Below are positions 20,273-29,548 of a stretch of DNA of 64,000 nt, piece after piece. The translations under genes and the position numbers were made by a program. The DNA is taken from NCBI GenBank assembly GCA_005879585.1, contig VBKG01000312.1, positions 4,400 through 68,399 on the forward strand, read 5' to 3'. Within the stretch, counting starts at the first letter, position 1. Each line of letters opens with the position of its first letter. The notes below the pieces were generated by a model. That model had not been told where the DNA came from and made no database searches. It saw only the letters and a list, made by a program, of their open reading frames with translations. Source of the stretch: Deltaproteobacteria bacterium (GTDB taxonomy: Bacteria > Desulfobacterota > Binatia > DP-6).

Positions 20273-21004
20273 GTGGCCGGCATGAGGCCGTTCTCGACCC
20301 TTCGCTACGAGAAGCGGGGCGCGATCGCGATCGTGACCCTCGACCGACCCGCGAAGCTGAACGCGTACAACGTCGCCATGCGTGACGATCTCTACGAGGC
20401 GCTCGGCGCGGCGGACCAGGATCCGGACGTCCGCGCGCTCGTGCTGCGCGGTCGCGGGCGCGCTTTCTCCACGGGCGGCGACGTGAGCGAGTTCGGGACG
20501 GCGCCGTCTCCGCTCGTCGCGCGCTTCGTCCGCTGGCAGCGCGACGTGTGGGGCCGGCTCCTCGATCTCCGGGCGGCGACGATTGCGGCCGTCCACGGCT
20601 ACGCGGTCGGCGGGGGGATGGAGATGGCGCTCTGCTGCGATTTCTGCCTCGCAGCGGACGATGCGCGCTTCGCCCTGCCGGAGACCGGTCTCGGTATGAT
20701 CCCGGGCGTCGGGGGGACGCAGACGTTGCCCCGGCGAGCCGGTGTCGCGCGCGCTCTCGACCTCGTGCTGACGGGTCGGGGACTCGACGCAGAGGAGGCG
20801 CGCGCCGCGGGGATCGTGCTGCGCGTCGTTCCACGGGCGCGGCTCGACACGGCCGCACTGGCGCTCGCCCGCCGGCTGGCTCGTCTGGAGCCCGCCCTGG
20901 TCGCGGGTGTGCGACGTGCGGTGCGTGCGGCACACGACCTGGCGCTCGCGGACGGCCTCGACCTCGAACGACGGCTCGCCGCCGCAACTCGCCGCCGTAC
21001 TTGA
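20273..21004 (+). CDS. Enoyl-CoA hydratase/isomerase
   Basis: Crotonase fold (AVHGYAVGGGMEMALCCDF). Confidence 0.85.
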   Translation: MAGMRPFSTLRYEKRGAIAIVTLDRPAKLNAYNVAMRDDLYEALGAADQDPDVRALVLRGRGRAFSTGGDVSEFGTAPSPLVARFVRWQRDVWGRLLDLRAATIAAVHGYAVGGGMEMALCCDFCLAADDARFALPETGLGMIPGVGGTQTLPRRAGVARALDLVLTGRGLDAEEARAAGIVLRVVPRARLDTAALALARRLARLEPALVAGVRRAVRAAHDLALADGLDLERRLAAATRRRT

Positions 21005-21038
21005 GCGGCGGCGCGCGGCCGCGCTAGAAGCGCCGCCG

Positions 21039-22589
21039 ATGAACACGCTCGGCTTCCTCGCGATCCCGGCCGAGATCGTCCCCGACCAGGAGGCGGTGGT
21101 GACCGAGGGGGGCCGGTTCACGTACGCCGAGACGCTGTCGCGCGTGCGGCGCCTCGCGAGCGCGCTCGCGCGCCTCGGCGTTCGGCCGGGCACGCGCGTG
21201 GCGGTTCTCCACACCAATTCCCACCGTTACGTCGAGGCCTACTACGCCGCGGCGATGCTCGGCGCCGTCTTCATCCCACTCAACTACCGTGCGAAGCGCC
21301 CCGAGCTCGAGCACATGCTGCGCGCAGGCGGCGTCGAGTTGGTGCTCGTCGGCGCGCGTTATCTCGAGCATCTGGACGCCGTCCGCGGCGCTCTCCCGGC
21401 GCTCCGGACGGTCATCGGTCTCGACGGCCCGGCGGGGAGCCTGCCGGCCTACGAGGAGCTCGTCGCCGAGGCCGCGGAGCATGCGGGCGAGGCAGGCGTC
21501 GAGGACGACGACGTGACGATCCTCATGTTCACGAGCGGCACCACGGCACTGCCGAAGGGCGTCATGCTCACGTTCGGCGACTTCACGGCCTACGTGACCG
21601 CCAACGTCGAGCTGGCCGACGGGACGCCGCGCGGCGCGGCGCTCCTCTGCGTGCCGCTCTACCACATCGCCGGCGCGACCAACATGATGACGACGCTCTG
21701 GACGGGCCGCCGCCTCGTGCTCATGCCGCAGTTCGAGCCCCGGGGCTGGCTCGACCTCGTCGAGCGCGAGCGCATCAGCCACGCGTTCCTCGTCCCGACG
21801 ATGCTGAAGCAGCTGCTCGACCAGCCGGATCTCGAGCGCCGCGATCTTTCGAGCCTGGAGATCCTCTCGTACGGCGGAGCCGCCATGCCGTTCCCGGTCA
21901 TCCGGCGCGCGATCGAGCGCTTTCCGAAGACCGTCGGCTTCGTGAATGCGTTCGGCCAGACGGAGACCACCTCGACGCTCACGCTCCTCGGCCCCGAGGA
22001 TCATCGGCTCGAGGGCACGGCAGAGGAGATCGAGCGGCGCACGCGCCGGCTCACGTCGATCGGCCGTCCGCTGCCCGACGTCGAAGTGCGGATCGCGGAC
22101 GACGACGGGCACGCGCGCGGTGCCGGAGAGGTCGGCGAGATCTGGGTACGGACGCCGCGTGTGATGAAGGGCTACGCCGGCGCTGGAGGTTCACCGCTCG
22201 TCGCGGACGGATGGCTGCCGACGCGCGACATGGGCTGGGTGGACGAGGACGGCTATCTCTACGTCGCCGGGCGCAAGGACGACATGATCATCCGCGGCGG
22301 GGAGAACATCGCGCCGGCGGAGGTCGAGGCCGTCCTGCAGTCGCATCCGGCGGTCGAGGAAGCGGCCGTCGTCGGCGTGCCGGACGTCGAGTGGGGCCAG
22401 CGGGTGGCCGCGTTCGTCGTCGTGCGCCCGGGCGCTTCCCTGTCGCCCGACGCGCTCACGGACTTCTGCCGCGAGCGGCTCGCGAGCTTCAAGAAGCCCG
22501 AGCTCGTCCGCTTCGTCACCGAGCTGCCGAAGAACCCGATGGGAAAGATCCTCCGCAAGGACCTGCGCGCGGAGCTCGGCGCCGCGTGA
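21039..22589 (+). CDS. AMP-dependent acyl-CoA synthetase/ligase (possibly MenE-like)
   Basis: AMP-binding motif FTSGTTALPKGV; 516 aa. Confidence 0.9.
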   Translation: MNTLGFLAIPAEIVPDQEAVVTEGGRFTYAETLSRVRRLASALARLGVRPGTRVAVLHTNSHRYVEAYYAAAMLGAVFIPLNYRAKRPELEHMLRAGGVELVLVGARYLEHLDAVRGALPALRTVIGLDGPAGSLPAYEELVAEAAEHAGEAGVEDDDVTILMFTSGTTALPKGVMLTFGDFTAYVTANVELADGTPRGAALLCVPLYHIAGATNMMTTLWTGRRLVLMPQFEPRGWLDLVERERISHAFLVPTMLKQLLDQPDLERRDLSSLEILSYGGAAMPFPVIRRAIERFPKTVGFVNAFGQTETTSTLTLLGPEDHRLEGTAEEIERRTRRLTSIGRPLPDVEVRIADDDGHARGAGEVGEIWVRTPRVMKGYAGAGGSPLVADGWLPTRDMGWVDEDGYLYVAGRKDDMIIRGGENIAPAEVEAVLQSHPAVEEAAVVGVPDVEWGQRVAAFVVVRPGASLSPDALTDFCRERLASFKKPELVRFVTELPKNPMGKILRKDLRAELGAA

Positions 22590-23353
22590 CGAGAGCGCTG
22601 CGCGCAGAGGACGCCGTCGAGGTCGTCGTGCGCGACGGGGTGGCGTGGATGACGCTCGCGCGTCCCGCCACGGGGAACCGCCTCGATGCCGAGCTGCTCG
22701 GTGCGCTCGCCGACGCGTGCGTCGCCGTCGAGGACGACGATCGCGTCCGCGTGGTCGTGCTTGGTGCCCGCGGCCGGGTGTTCTCGGGAGGCTTGCCCGA
22801 CGGCTGTGCGTGGCCGGACCCGGCGTGGCCCGACGGCATCGGCGCGATGGCGGCGGTCACGAAGCCCGTCTTGGGATCGATCGGCGGGGACGCCGTCGGC
22901 TGGGGGTTCGCGCTCGCGCTCGCATGCGACGTGCGCATCGCCGCCACGACGGCCACGTTTGCGTTCACCGACGTCGAGCGCGGCCATCCGCCTGGAGGCG
23001 GCATCACGCAGCGTCTCACGCGGATGGTGGGACCCGCGCGGGCCCTCGACCTCGTTCTCCTCGGGACGCCGCTGCCGGCGCGGCGCGCCGCCGCGTGGGG
23101 CGTCGTCGCCGCGACGGTCGAGCCCCGGCGGCTCGATGCCGCAGTCGAGGCGACGGCCCGAGCGCTGGCGAGCCGCGCGCCGCTGGCGCTGCGGCTCGGC
23201 AAGGAGGCGGTCGTGCGCGCCCTTGATCTTCCCCTCGCGGAAGGCATCAGGTTGGAGCAGGACCTGTACGTGCTATTGCAGACGACCGCGGACCGTCGCG
23301 AGGGCATCACGGCCTTCCGGACGCGCCGCGGCGCGCGATTCCGGGGCCGGTAG
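22586..23353 (+). CDS. Enoyl-CoA hydratase/isomerase family protein
   Basis: GTG 22586 overlaps the ligase TGA (GTGA); crotonase fold. Confidence 0.8.
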   Translation: MTRALRAEDAVEVVVRDGVAWMTLARPATGNRLDAELLGALADACVAVEDDDRVRVVVLGARGRVFSGGLPDGCAWPDPAWPDGIGAMAAVTKPVLGSIGGDAVGWGFALALACDVRIAATTATFAFTDVERGHPPGGGITQRLTRMVGPARALDLVLLGTPLPARRAAAWGVVAATVEPRRLDAAVEATARALASRAPLALRLGKEAVVRALDLPLAEGIRLEQDLYVLLQTTADRREGITAFRTRRGARFRGR

Positions 23354-23367
23354 GAGGACGACAGGAC

Positions 23368-23487
23368 ATGCCGAATCAGATCGGGAAGATCTATATCTGC
23401 ACGCAGTGCGGCGCGCAGGTGATCGTGACCAAGGGTGGGGCCGGGACGATCAGCTGTTGCGGGACCGAGATGCAGCAGAAGAAGTGA
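23368..23487 (+). CDS. Desulforedoxin-like mini-protein (second paralog)
   Basis: 39 aa MPNQIGKIYICTQCGAQVIVTKGGAGTISCCGTEMQQKK; RBS TAGGAGGACG; absent from the ORF track. Confidence 0.7.
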   Translation: MPNQIGKIYICTQCGAQVIVTKGGAGTISCCGTEMQQKK

Positions 23488-23500
23488 CGGAGGACGTCGT

Positions 23501-24001
23501 ATGAATCCGATCGCTGTGTATCCCGGGTCCTTCGACCCGATCACGAACGGCCACGTCGACATCGTCCGCAGGAGCCTGCAGGTGTTCGACCAGGTGATCG
23601 TCGCCGTCGCCTTCAACGCGCAGAAGGACTCGGCCTGGTTCACGCCGGAGGAACGGACGGACATGATCCGGGACACGTTCCGGGGCGACGGCAAGCGCGT
23701 CGTGGCGGACGCGTTCTCCACGTTGCTCGTCGACTACGTGTCGTCGAAGGGTGCGGGCGTGATCATCCGCGGTCTCCGTGCGGTCGCGGACTTCGAGTAC
23801 GAGTTTCAGATGACGATGATGAACCGCCATCTGCGGCCGCAGGTCGAGACCATCTTCATGATGACCGGAGAATCGCACTTCTACACGAGTTCGCGTCTCG
23901 TGAAGGAAGTGGTGAGCCTCGGCGGTAACGTCGCCGGTCTCATCCCCGACGCGGTGCTCCCCCGGCTCGTCGAGCGCGCCGCACGCTTCCGGTCGCGGTG
24001 A
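23501..24001 (+). CDS. coaD: Phosphopantetheine adenylyltransferase
   Basis: 166 aa; AVYPGSFDPITNGH nucleotidyltransferase motif; RBS GGAGGA. Confidence 0.9.
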   Translation: MNPIAVYPGSFDPITNGHVDIVRRSLQVFDQVIVAVAFNAQKDSAWFTPEERTDMIRDTFRGDGKRVVADAFSTLLVDYVSSKGAGVIIRGLRAVADFEYEFQMTMMNRHLRPQVETIFMMTGESHFYTSSRLVKEVVSLGGNVAGLIPDAVLPRLVERAARFRSR

Positions 24002-24005
24002 AACG

Positions 24006-24428
24006 TCAGTAATTCGCCGGCCGTACGCCGGTGCGCCGGAAGCGGAAGTAGTCGGCGAGGATCTGCGCGTGATCGAAGGCAAGCGGCGCGGGCAGATCGT
24101 CTGCGCCGAACAGCGCCACGCCGGCGGCGTCGTCGCCCGCCTGCGGCACGCCGGTGGCGCGACCGATGAAGACCGTCGAGATCGTCGGGCCGCGCGGGTC
24201 GCGCGTCGGGTCCGAGTAGACGCCGAGAACGTCGGTCAGCTCGACCTCGAGCGCCGTCTCCTCGCGCGCTTCGCGGCGCGCGGCGTCGCCGACGCGCTCT
24301 CCGGCGTCGATGAAACCTCCCGGTAGCGCCCACCCGTGCGGCGGGTTACGGCGCCGGATGAGCACGATGCGGTCGCCGATCTCGATGACGACGTCGACCG
24401 TGGGGAGCGGGTGGGGTCGGTCAGCCAT
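24006..24428 (-). CDS. NUDIX hydrolase
   Basis: Nudix box GGFIDAGERVGDAARREAREETAL. Confidence 0.85.
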   Translation of the reverse strand: MADRPHPLPTVDVVIEIGDRIVLIRRRNPPHGWALPGGFIDAGERVGDAARREAREETALEVELTDVLGVYSDPTRDPRGPTISTVFIGRATGVPQAGDDAAGVALFGADDLPAPLAFDHAQILADYFRFRRTGVRPANY

Positions 24429-24439
24429 GGAACGGAAAA

Positions 24440-24476
24440 CAAAAAAGGCGACGGCTTGCGCCCCCGCCTTCTTTGC
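24440..24476 (-). terminator. Intrinsic terminator of the lipoprotein gene
   Basis: Minus-strand hairpin AAGGCG..CGCCTT followed by TTTTTTGTTTT. Confidence 0.5.
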
Positions 24477-24494
24477 CGCGAAAACGCGAGTCCC

Positions 24495-24737
24495 TTACTT
24501 GCGAATGTGCTTCGAGAACATCCGATCCGCCTTCTCGGCGGCTGCTTCGGCGCGCTGCGCTGCCGCCTCGACGCGGCTCGCGGCCGACTCCGCCCGGCGC
24601 GCGGCATCCTCGGCACGGGCCGCCGCCTGCTCAGCTCGGGTGGCCGTCCCGGTGTCCTCCTTCTTCGCGCAGCCGGCAGAAAGCATGGTGAGCACCATCA
24701 AGCTCGCTACGCTGGCACCAATAGTCTGTAACCGCAT
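24495..24737 (-). CDS. Small alanine-rich lipoprotein (Lpp-like)
   Basis: 80 aa; signal peptide plus lipobox LSAGC; RBS GGAGGTGAGCGG. Confidence 0.6.
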   Translation of the reverse strand: MRLQTIGASVASLMVLTMLSAGCAKKEDTGTATRAEQAAARAEDAARRAESAASRVEAAAQRAEAAAEKADRMFSKHIRK

Positions 24738-25195
24738 CCGCTCACCTCCTTTGGGCCCCAAGCTGGGGTGGCTGAAAAACGCGCTCCTCTTGGCACAAAA
24801 GGTCAAGCCTCGCAAGCTAGCCCCGTTCGCTAGTATTCCTCCACGTCGCACACGTGTGTCGCTCCCGTGTCGCTACCCTTCTTCTTTTCCGGCTTCTCGG
24901 CGCGTTGCGTGATGAGCAGCATCGCAGCGGGCCGCGATTCGACGCCGCCCGTCCGTCGATGAACGGGCGCGGATGCCGCAGAGTCGCCGGCGCTGCGTTC
25001 TAGAGCAATGTCGGCGATCAGTGGGCTTCGCGGCGCGTTTGGGCACATCGGGGTGCACTATCACGCGGTATTTCCAGGCATCGGCGCAAGCCAGACCGTC
25101 CACGAGCGAAAAATGCCGTTTCGCTTGTGATCCCGGTAGGTTAAGACCGCGAATCGAGCCTGTCGTTGCAGAAATGCGCGCTTTTCGAAAAGACA

Positions 25196-25225
25196 TTGAC
25201 GGGGGCCCTAGCGGGCTCCTAAAAT
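25196..25225 (+). promoter_or_regulatory. Sigma-70-type promoter of carD (TTGACG, 18-nt spacer, TAAAAT)
   Basis: Hexamers read directly, 40 nt upstream of carD ATG 25266 (RBS GGAGGG). Confidence 0.5.
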
Positions 25226-25265
25226 GCAGGATTGCCGTCACTGACGGTCGGAGGGTGCCGATAGC

Positions 25266-25757
25266 ATGGTCGGAACGTTCAAGGTTGGGGAGAAGGTCGT
25301 TTATCCCGCGCATGGTGTCGGCGTGATCGAGGGCGTTCAGACGAAGGTGATCTCCGGTAGTGAGCGCAAGTTCTACATGCTCCGCATCATCGACAGCGAT
25401 ATGACGATCATGATCCCGACGGAAAACGTGAACTCCGTCGGGCTTCGACGCATCATCGGGAAAGACATGGTCGCCAAGGTCTACCGGATCCTGCGCGACA
25501 AGAAGGTCGAAATAGACCAGCAGACGTGGAACCGTCGTTATCGGGAGTACACGGAAAAGATCAAGACCGGCAGCGTGCTCGAGATCGCCAAGGTGCTGCG
25601 CGACCTGTTCGTCCTGAAGGGCGACAAGGAGCTCTCCTTCGGCGAGCGCAAGATGCTGGATACGGCGCGGAACCTCCTCGTCAAGGAACTCGCCATCGCG
25701 AAGTCCCATACCGAGGAAAAGATCATGGAGGAGCTCCGCGGCATCTTCGCGAACTGA
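25266..25757 (+). CDS. carD: CarD/CdnL-family RNA-polymerase-binding regulator
   Basis: N-terminal RNAP-interacting domain FKVGEKVVYPAHGVGVIEGV; 163 aa; locally lower GC. Confidence 0.9.
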   Translation: MVGTFKVGEKVVYPAHGVGVIEGVQTKVISGSERKFYMLRIIDSDMTIMIPTENVNSVGLRRIIGKDMVAKVYRILRDKKVEIDQQTWNRRYREYTEKIKTGSVLEIAKVLRDLFVLKGDKELSFGERKMLDTARNLLVKELAIAKSHTEEKIMEELRGIFAN

Positions 25758-25778
25758 CAATCGGTCCGTCCCGCGTGC

Positions 25779-26639
25779 CTAGCGGATGCGAAGGGCCGGG
25801 GGTAACCCCCCGGCCCTTCGTGTTTTCGCGGCCGGGAGCGTCTCGTTGAGGCTGCCGCTCCGGAAGCCCTGGAGATCGAGCGCGACGTACGCGAAGCCGA
25901 GCCGCTTGAGCTCCTGAACCACCGCTTCACGCACTCCGGGAGCGAGGAGGCGGGGCATATCGGCGATGGGCACCTCGAGCCGCGCGATGTGCTCGTGGTG
26001 GCGTACGCGGAACTCGCGCAGTCCCTGCGCGCGCAGGAAACGCTCCGCCGCCGCCACCTGCGCCAGACGTTCGGCGGTAATCCGCGTCCCGTACGCGAAC
26101 CGCGACGAGAGACACGGGCTCGCCGGACGGTCCCACGTGGACAGACCGAGCGTCTGGCTCGCGTCGCGAATCTCCGGCTTGGAGAACTCCGCCTCGACGA
26201 GCGGATGGCGGACGCCGTGGGCGGCCGCGGCCTGCAGGCCCGGACGATGATCGGCGAGGTCGTCGACGTTCGCCCCGTCGAGCACGGCGGCGAGGCCGCG
26301 ACGGCGAGCCTCGGCGACGGCGACCGTGAACAGATTGTCCTTGCAGAAGAAGCAGCGGTTACTCGCGTTGGCGGCGTAGCCCTCGATCGTGAGCTCGTCG
26401 ACGTCGACGACGACGTGTGCGGCGCCGAGCGCCGCGGTGAGCCGTTTCGCCGTCTCGAGATCCTCCTCCGGCGTGGCGGCCGACACGGTCGTGAGGGCGA
26501 GACAGTGCGGCCCGAGCACCTCGTGCGCGACGCGAAGCAGGAAGCTCGAGTCGACGCCGCCCGAATACGCGATTAGCGCCGACGGCAGCTCCGCGAGAAG
26601 CTCGCGGAGGCGTGCGACCTTCGCGTCGACCGACGTCAC
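25779..26639 (-). CDS. PP-loop ATP pyrophosphatase, LarE-like sacrificial sulfur transferase family
   Basis: SGGVDSS PP-loop and a conserved Cys (CLSSRF); GTG start overlaps the cysK TAG (TAGTG). Confidence 0.8.
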   Translation of the reverse strand: MTSVDAKVARLRELLAELPSALIAYSGGVDSSFLLRVAHEVLGPHCLALTTVSAATPEEDLETAKRLTAALGAAHVVVDVDELTIEGYAANASNRCFFCKDNLFTVAVAEARRRGLAAVLDGANVDDLADHRPGLQAAAAHGVRHPLVEAEFSKPEIRDASQTLGLSTWDRPASPCLSSRFAYGTRITAERLAQVAAAERFLRAQGLREFRVRHHEHIARLEVPIADMPRLLAPGVREAVVQELKRLGFAYVALDLQGFRSGSLNETLPAAKTRRAGGLPPALRIR

Positions 26640-27583
26640 TAGACCGTCTCCGCGCGGAAGAGGCGGGTGGTGAGGTAACGCTCGCCCGTGTCGCAGAAGA
26701 CCGTCAGCACGACGGCCCCGCGGCCGAACCGTCGCGCCGTGCGGATCGCGGCCGCGCAGTTCGCGCCCGACGAGATGCCGACGAGCAGCCCCTCGTAGCG
26801 TGCCAGCGCGCGTGCGTGCACCACCGCCTCCTCGTCCGTTACGGGCAGTACTTCGTCGTAGACCTCGGTATTCAGGATCTCCGGGACGAAACCGGCCCCG
26901 ATGCCCTGGATGTCGTGGTATCCCGCCTCGCCGCCCGACAGGACCGGCGACGCGGATGGCTCGACCGCGTAGATGCGGGCGTGCGGCCGCTCGGCTCGCA
27001 GCACCTCGCCGACGCCCGTGATCGTGCCGCCCGTCCCCACGCCCGCGACGAACGCGTCGATCTGCGCGAGCTGCGTCAAAATCTCCGGCGCCGTCGTGCG
27101 CCGGTGTGCTTCCGGATTGGCGGGATTCGTGAACTGCTGCGGCATGTACCATTCCGGATGCTCGGCGAGCAGCTCCTCGGCGCGGCGGACCGCCCCGTGC
27201 ATGCCCTTCGTGTCCGGCGTCAGCACGAGGCGCGCGCCGTAGGCGACCAGCAATGACCGCCGCTCCTCGCTCATCGTGTCGGGCATGGTGAGCACGAGCC
27301 GGTACCCCTTGACGGCGGCCACGAGGGCGAGGCCGATGCCGGTGTTGCCGCTCGTCGGCTCGATGATCGTCCCGCCGGGCGCGAGGAGGCCGTCGCGCTC
27401 CGCCGCCTCGACCATTGCGAGGCAGATGCGATCCTTCACGCTGCCGCCGGGGTTCAGGTTCTCGAGCTTCGCCCACACCTCGGCGCCGACGCCATCGAGC
27501 TGCGGCAAGCGGTTCAACCGCACCATCGGAGTGGAGCCGATCAGGTCGAGCGCCGTGCGCGCAGTCTGACAGGGAAGCGGCAT
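26639..27583 (-). CDS. cysK: Cysteine synthase A (O-acetylserine sulfhydrylase)
   Basis: PLP lysine motif SVKDR, GTGGT glycine loop; 314 aa from MPLPC. Confidence 0.9.
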   Translation of the reverse strand: MPLPCQTARTALDLIGSTPMVRLNRLPQLDGVGAEVWAKLENLNPGGSVKDRICLAMVEAAERDGLLAPGGTIIEPTSGNTGIGLALVAAVKGYRLVLTMPDTMSEERRSLLVAYGARLVLTPDTKGMHGAVRRAEELLAEHPEWYMPQQFTNPANPEAHRRTTAPEILTQLAQIDAFVAGVGTGGTITGVGEVLRAERPHARIYAVEPSASPVLSGGEAGYHDIQGIGAGFVPEILNTEVYDEVLPVTDEEAVVHARALARYEGLLVGISSGANCAAAIRTARRFGRGAVVLTVFCDTGERYLTTRLFRAETV

Positions 27584-27625
27584 GGAGCGTTGCGCCGGCC
27601 GGCAGGCGAAAACCATATATAGTGC

Positions 27626-28588
27626 GTGTGCGCGGAGTCAATTGAATCGGTCGCGCTCGTCTTTCCCGGCGCGCTCGGCGACTTCCTGCTTGCGATGCCG
27701 GCACTGCGTGCGCTGCGCCCGTCTCACACGGGCGCGCGCGTCACGATCGTCGTCAGCCAGCCACTCGTCGGGCTCGCGGCCCTTGCGGCCGTTGCGGACG
27801 AGGTCGCGAGCCTCGACGCGTCCGCCTCCGCCTGGCTGTTCGGGGCGAGCGAGCAACCGCGATGGCTCGTCGGACGGCCGACGGTCTACAGCTGGCTCGG
27901 CGCCACCGACGCGGAGATGCGCGCGCGCATCGGGGCGGTGGCGCGCGGCGCGAGCTTCTTCACCGTCGAGCGCGGCGACGGGCCACGGCACGCGGCCGCC
28001 GCATACGCACGGGCGGTCGGAGCGCCGGCGAGTCTCGCCACGCTCCGCCAGCGAGGACGGATCGAGCCGCCTCAGTCGGCGGCGGCGGACCGTCTGTATG
28101 CCACGTTGATCCCGCCTGTACTGGCGATGCACGCCGGCGCGGGCGCCCCGGCCAAGCAGTGGGCCGTCGAGGGGTATCGCCAGGTTGCGGGCTGGTGGCG
28201 GGCGACCGGCGGCGCCGTCATCGAGGTGTCCGGGCCCGCGGAGGCCGGACGCCGAGTCATTCCCGACGCTCCCGTCGCTTGCGATCTCGCTCTACCGGAC
28301 CTCGCGGCCGTTCTCGCGCGCGCCGCGTTCTACGTCGGCAACGACAGCGGCGTCAGCCACCTGGCGGGCGCCGTCGGCGCGACCGGCGTGGTGCTCTTCG
28401 GTCCGACGCGCCCCGGCCGCTGGCGACCCCTCGGCGGTCGTCTCGCGCCGCTTGAGGCGGCGGGTGCGCATCGGGCCACCGGCATCTCGCTCGCTGCGCT
28501 GCCGCCGACGCGCGTGCTTGCCGTCTGCCGCCGCGTCATGCGCGCCGCCGCGCGCGCTCCGGTTGACAAGGGGGGACCCCGATATTAG
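27626..28588 (+). CDS. Glycosyltransferase family 9 (heptosyltransferase-like)
   Basis: N-terminal ALGDFLLAMPALRAL and C-terminal GNDSGVSHLAGAVG signatures. Confidence 0.8.
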   Translation: MCAESIESVALVFPGALGDFLLAMPALRALRPSHTGARVTIVVSQPLVGLAALAAVADEVASLDASASAWLFGASEQPRWLVGRPTVYSWLGATDAEMRARIGAVARGASFFTVERGDGPRHAAAAYARAVGAPASLATLRQRGRIEPPQSAAADRLYATLIPPVLAMHAGAGAPAKQWAVEGYRQVAGWWRATGGAVIEVSGPAEAGRRVIPDAPVACDLALPDLAAVLARAAFYVGNDSGVSHLAGAVGATGVVLFGPTRPGRWRPLGGRLAPLEAAGAHRATGISLAALPPTRVLAVCRRVMRAAARAPVDKGGPRY

Positions 28589-28668
28589 CTTCGCCGCGGG
28601 TCTATTTTCGCGGCCCAGAATGAGTTCCACCGGCTTTCCGTCTAATGTCGAGGACGGAAGGTTCGCCC

Positions 28669-29520
28669 ATGTCGAACGCCATCAAGACGACCGCCCTGCT
28701 CGGTCTCCTGACCGGTCTGCTGCTGTGGATCGGTCAATGGCTCGGCGGTCCGCAGGGCCTCGTCATCGCGCTCGTCTTCGCGGCGGCGATGAACTTCGGC
28801 AGCTACTGGTTCGCCGATCGGTTCGTGCTCGCGATGTACGGCGCGCGGGAGCTGTCGGAGCAGGACGCACCCGATCTCTTCCGCATCGTGCGCGAACTCG
28901 CCACCGGGATCGCGATGCCGATGCCGCGCATCTACCTCGTTCCGAGCGATTCGCCGAACGCCTTCGCGACGGGCCGGAGCCCCGAGCACGCCGCCGTCGC
29001 GGTGACGGAGGGCATCCTGAAGCTCCTCACGCCCGACGAGCTGCGCGGCGTCCTCGCGCACGAGCTGTCCCACGTGCGCAATCGCGACACGCTGATCAGC
29101 GCCGTGGCCGCCACGCTGGCGGGCGTCATCATGATGGTGGCGCGCATGGCGTACTGGGCAGCGCTGTTTGGCGGCATGCGCCGCGACGAGCGCGAGGAAG
29201 GCGGCAGCCCGTTCGGGTTCCTCGCCATGATCATCGTCGCACCCATCGCCGCCACGTTGATCCAGCTCGCGATCTCCCGCGCGCGCGAGTACCAGGCTGA
29301 TGCGTCCGGCGCGCACATCCTGCACCGCCCGCAGGAGCTCGCCGACGCGCTCGAGAAGATCGCGCGCGTCTCCAGCCGCATCCCGCTGGCGGCCGCAGGC
29401 CCCGCGACCGCGCATCTCTGGATCGTGAATCCGCTCAAGGGTGACCGTCTCGCCAACCTGTTCAGCACCCATCCGCCGATCGAGGAGCGCATCCGCCGGC
29501 TGCGCGCGATGAGCCGTTGA
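28669..29520 (+). CDS. htpX: Zinc metalloprotease HtpX (M48)
   Basis: HELSH zinc motif, four TM helices; ATG 28669. Confidence 0.9.
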   Translation: MSNAIKTTALLGLLTGLLLWIGQWLGGPQGLVIALVFAAAMNFGSYWFADRFVLAMYGARELSEQDAPDLFRIVRELATGIAMPMPRIYLVPSDSPNAFATGRSPEHAAVAVTEGILKLLTPDELRGVLAHELSHVRNRDTLISAVAATLAGVIMMVARMAYWAALFGGMRRDEREEGGSPFGFLAMIIVAPIAATLIQLAISRAREYQADASGAHILHRPQELADALEKIARVSSRIPLAAAGPATAHLWIVNPLKGDRLANLFSTHPPIEERIRRLRAMSR

Positions 29521-29548
29521 GCCCGACAGGCTCATCCTCGCTTCGGGC

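Noticed and set aside
24787-24812. Possible sigma-54 promoter (TGGCAC...)
   Set aside because: TGGCAC is present, but the downstream element at the required spacing is GTCA rather than TTGC, and a good sigma-70 promoter already serves carD.
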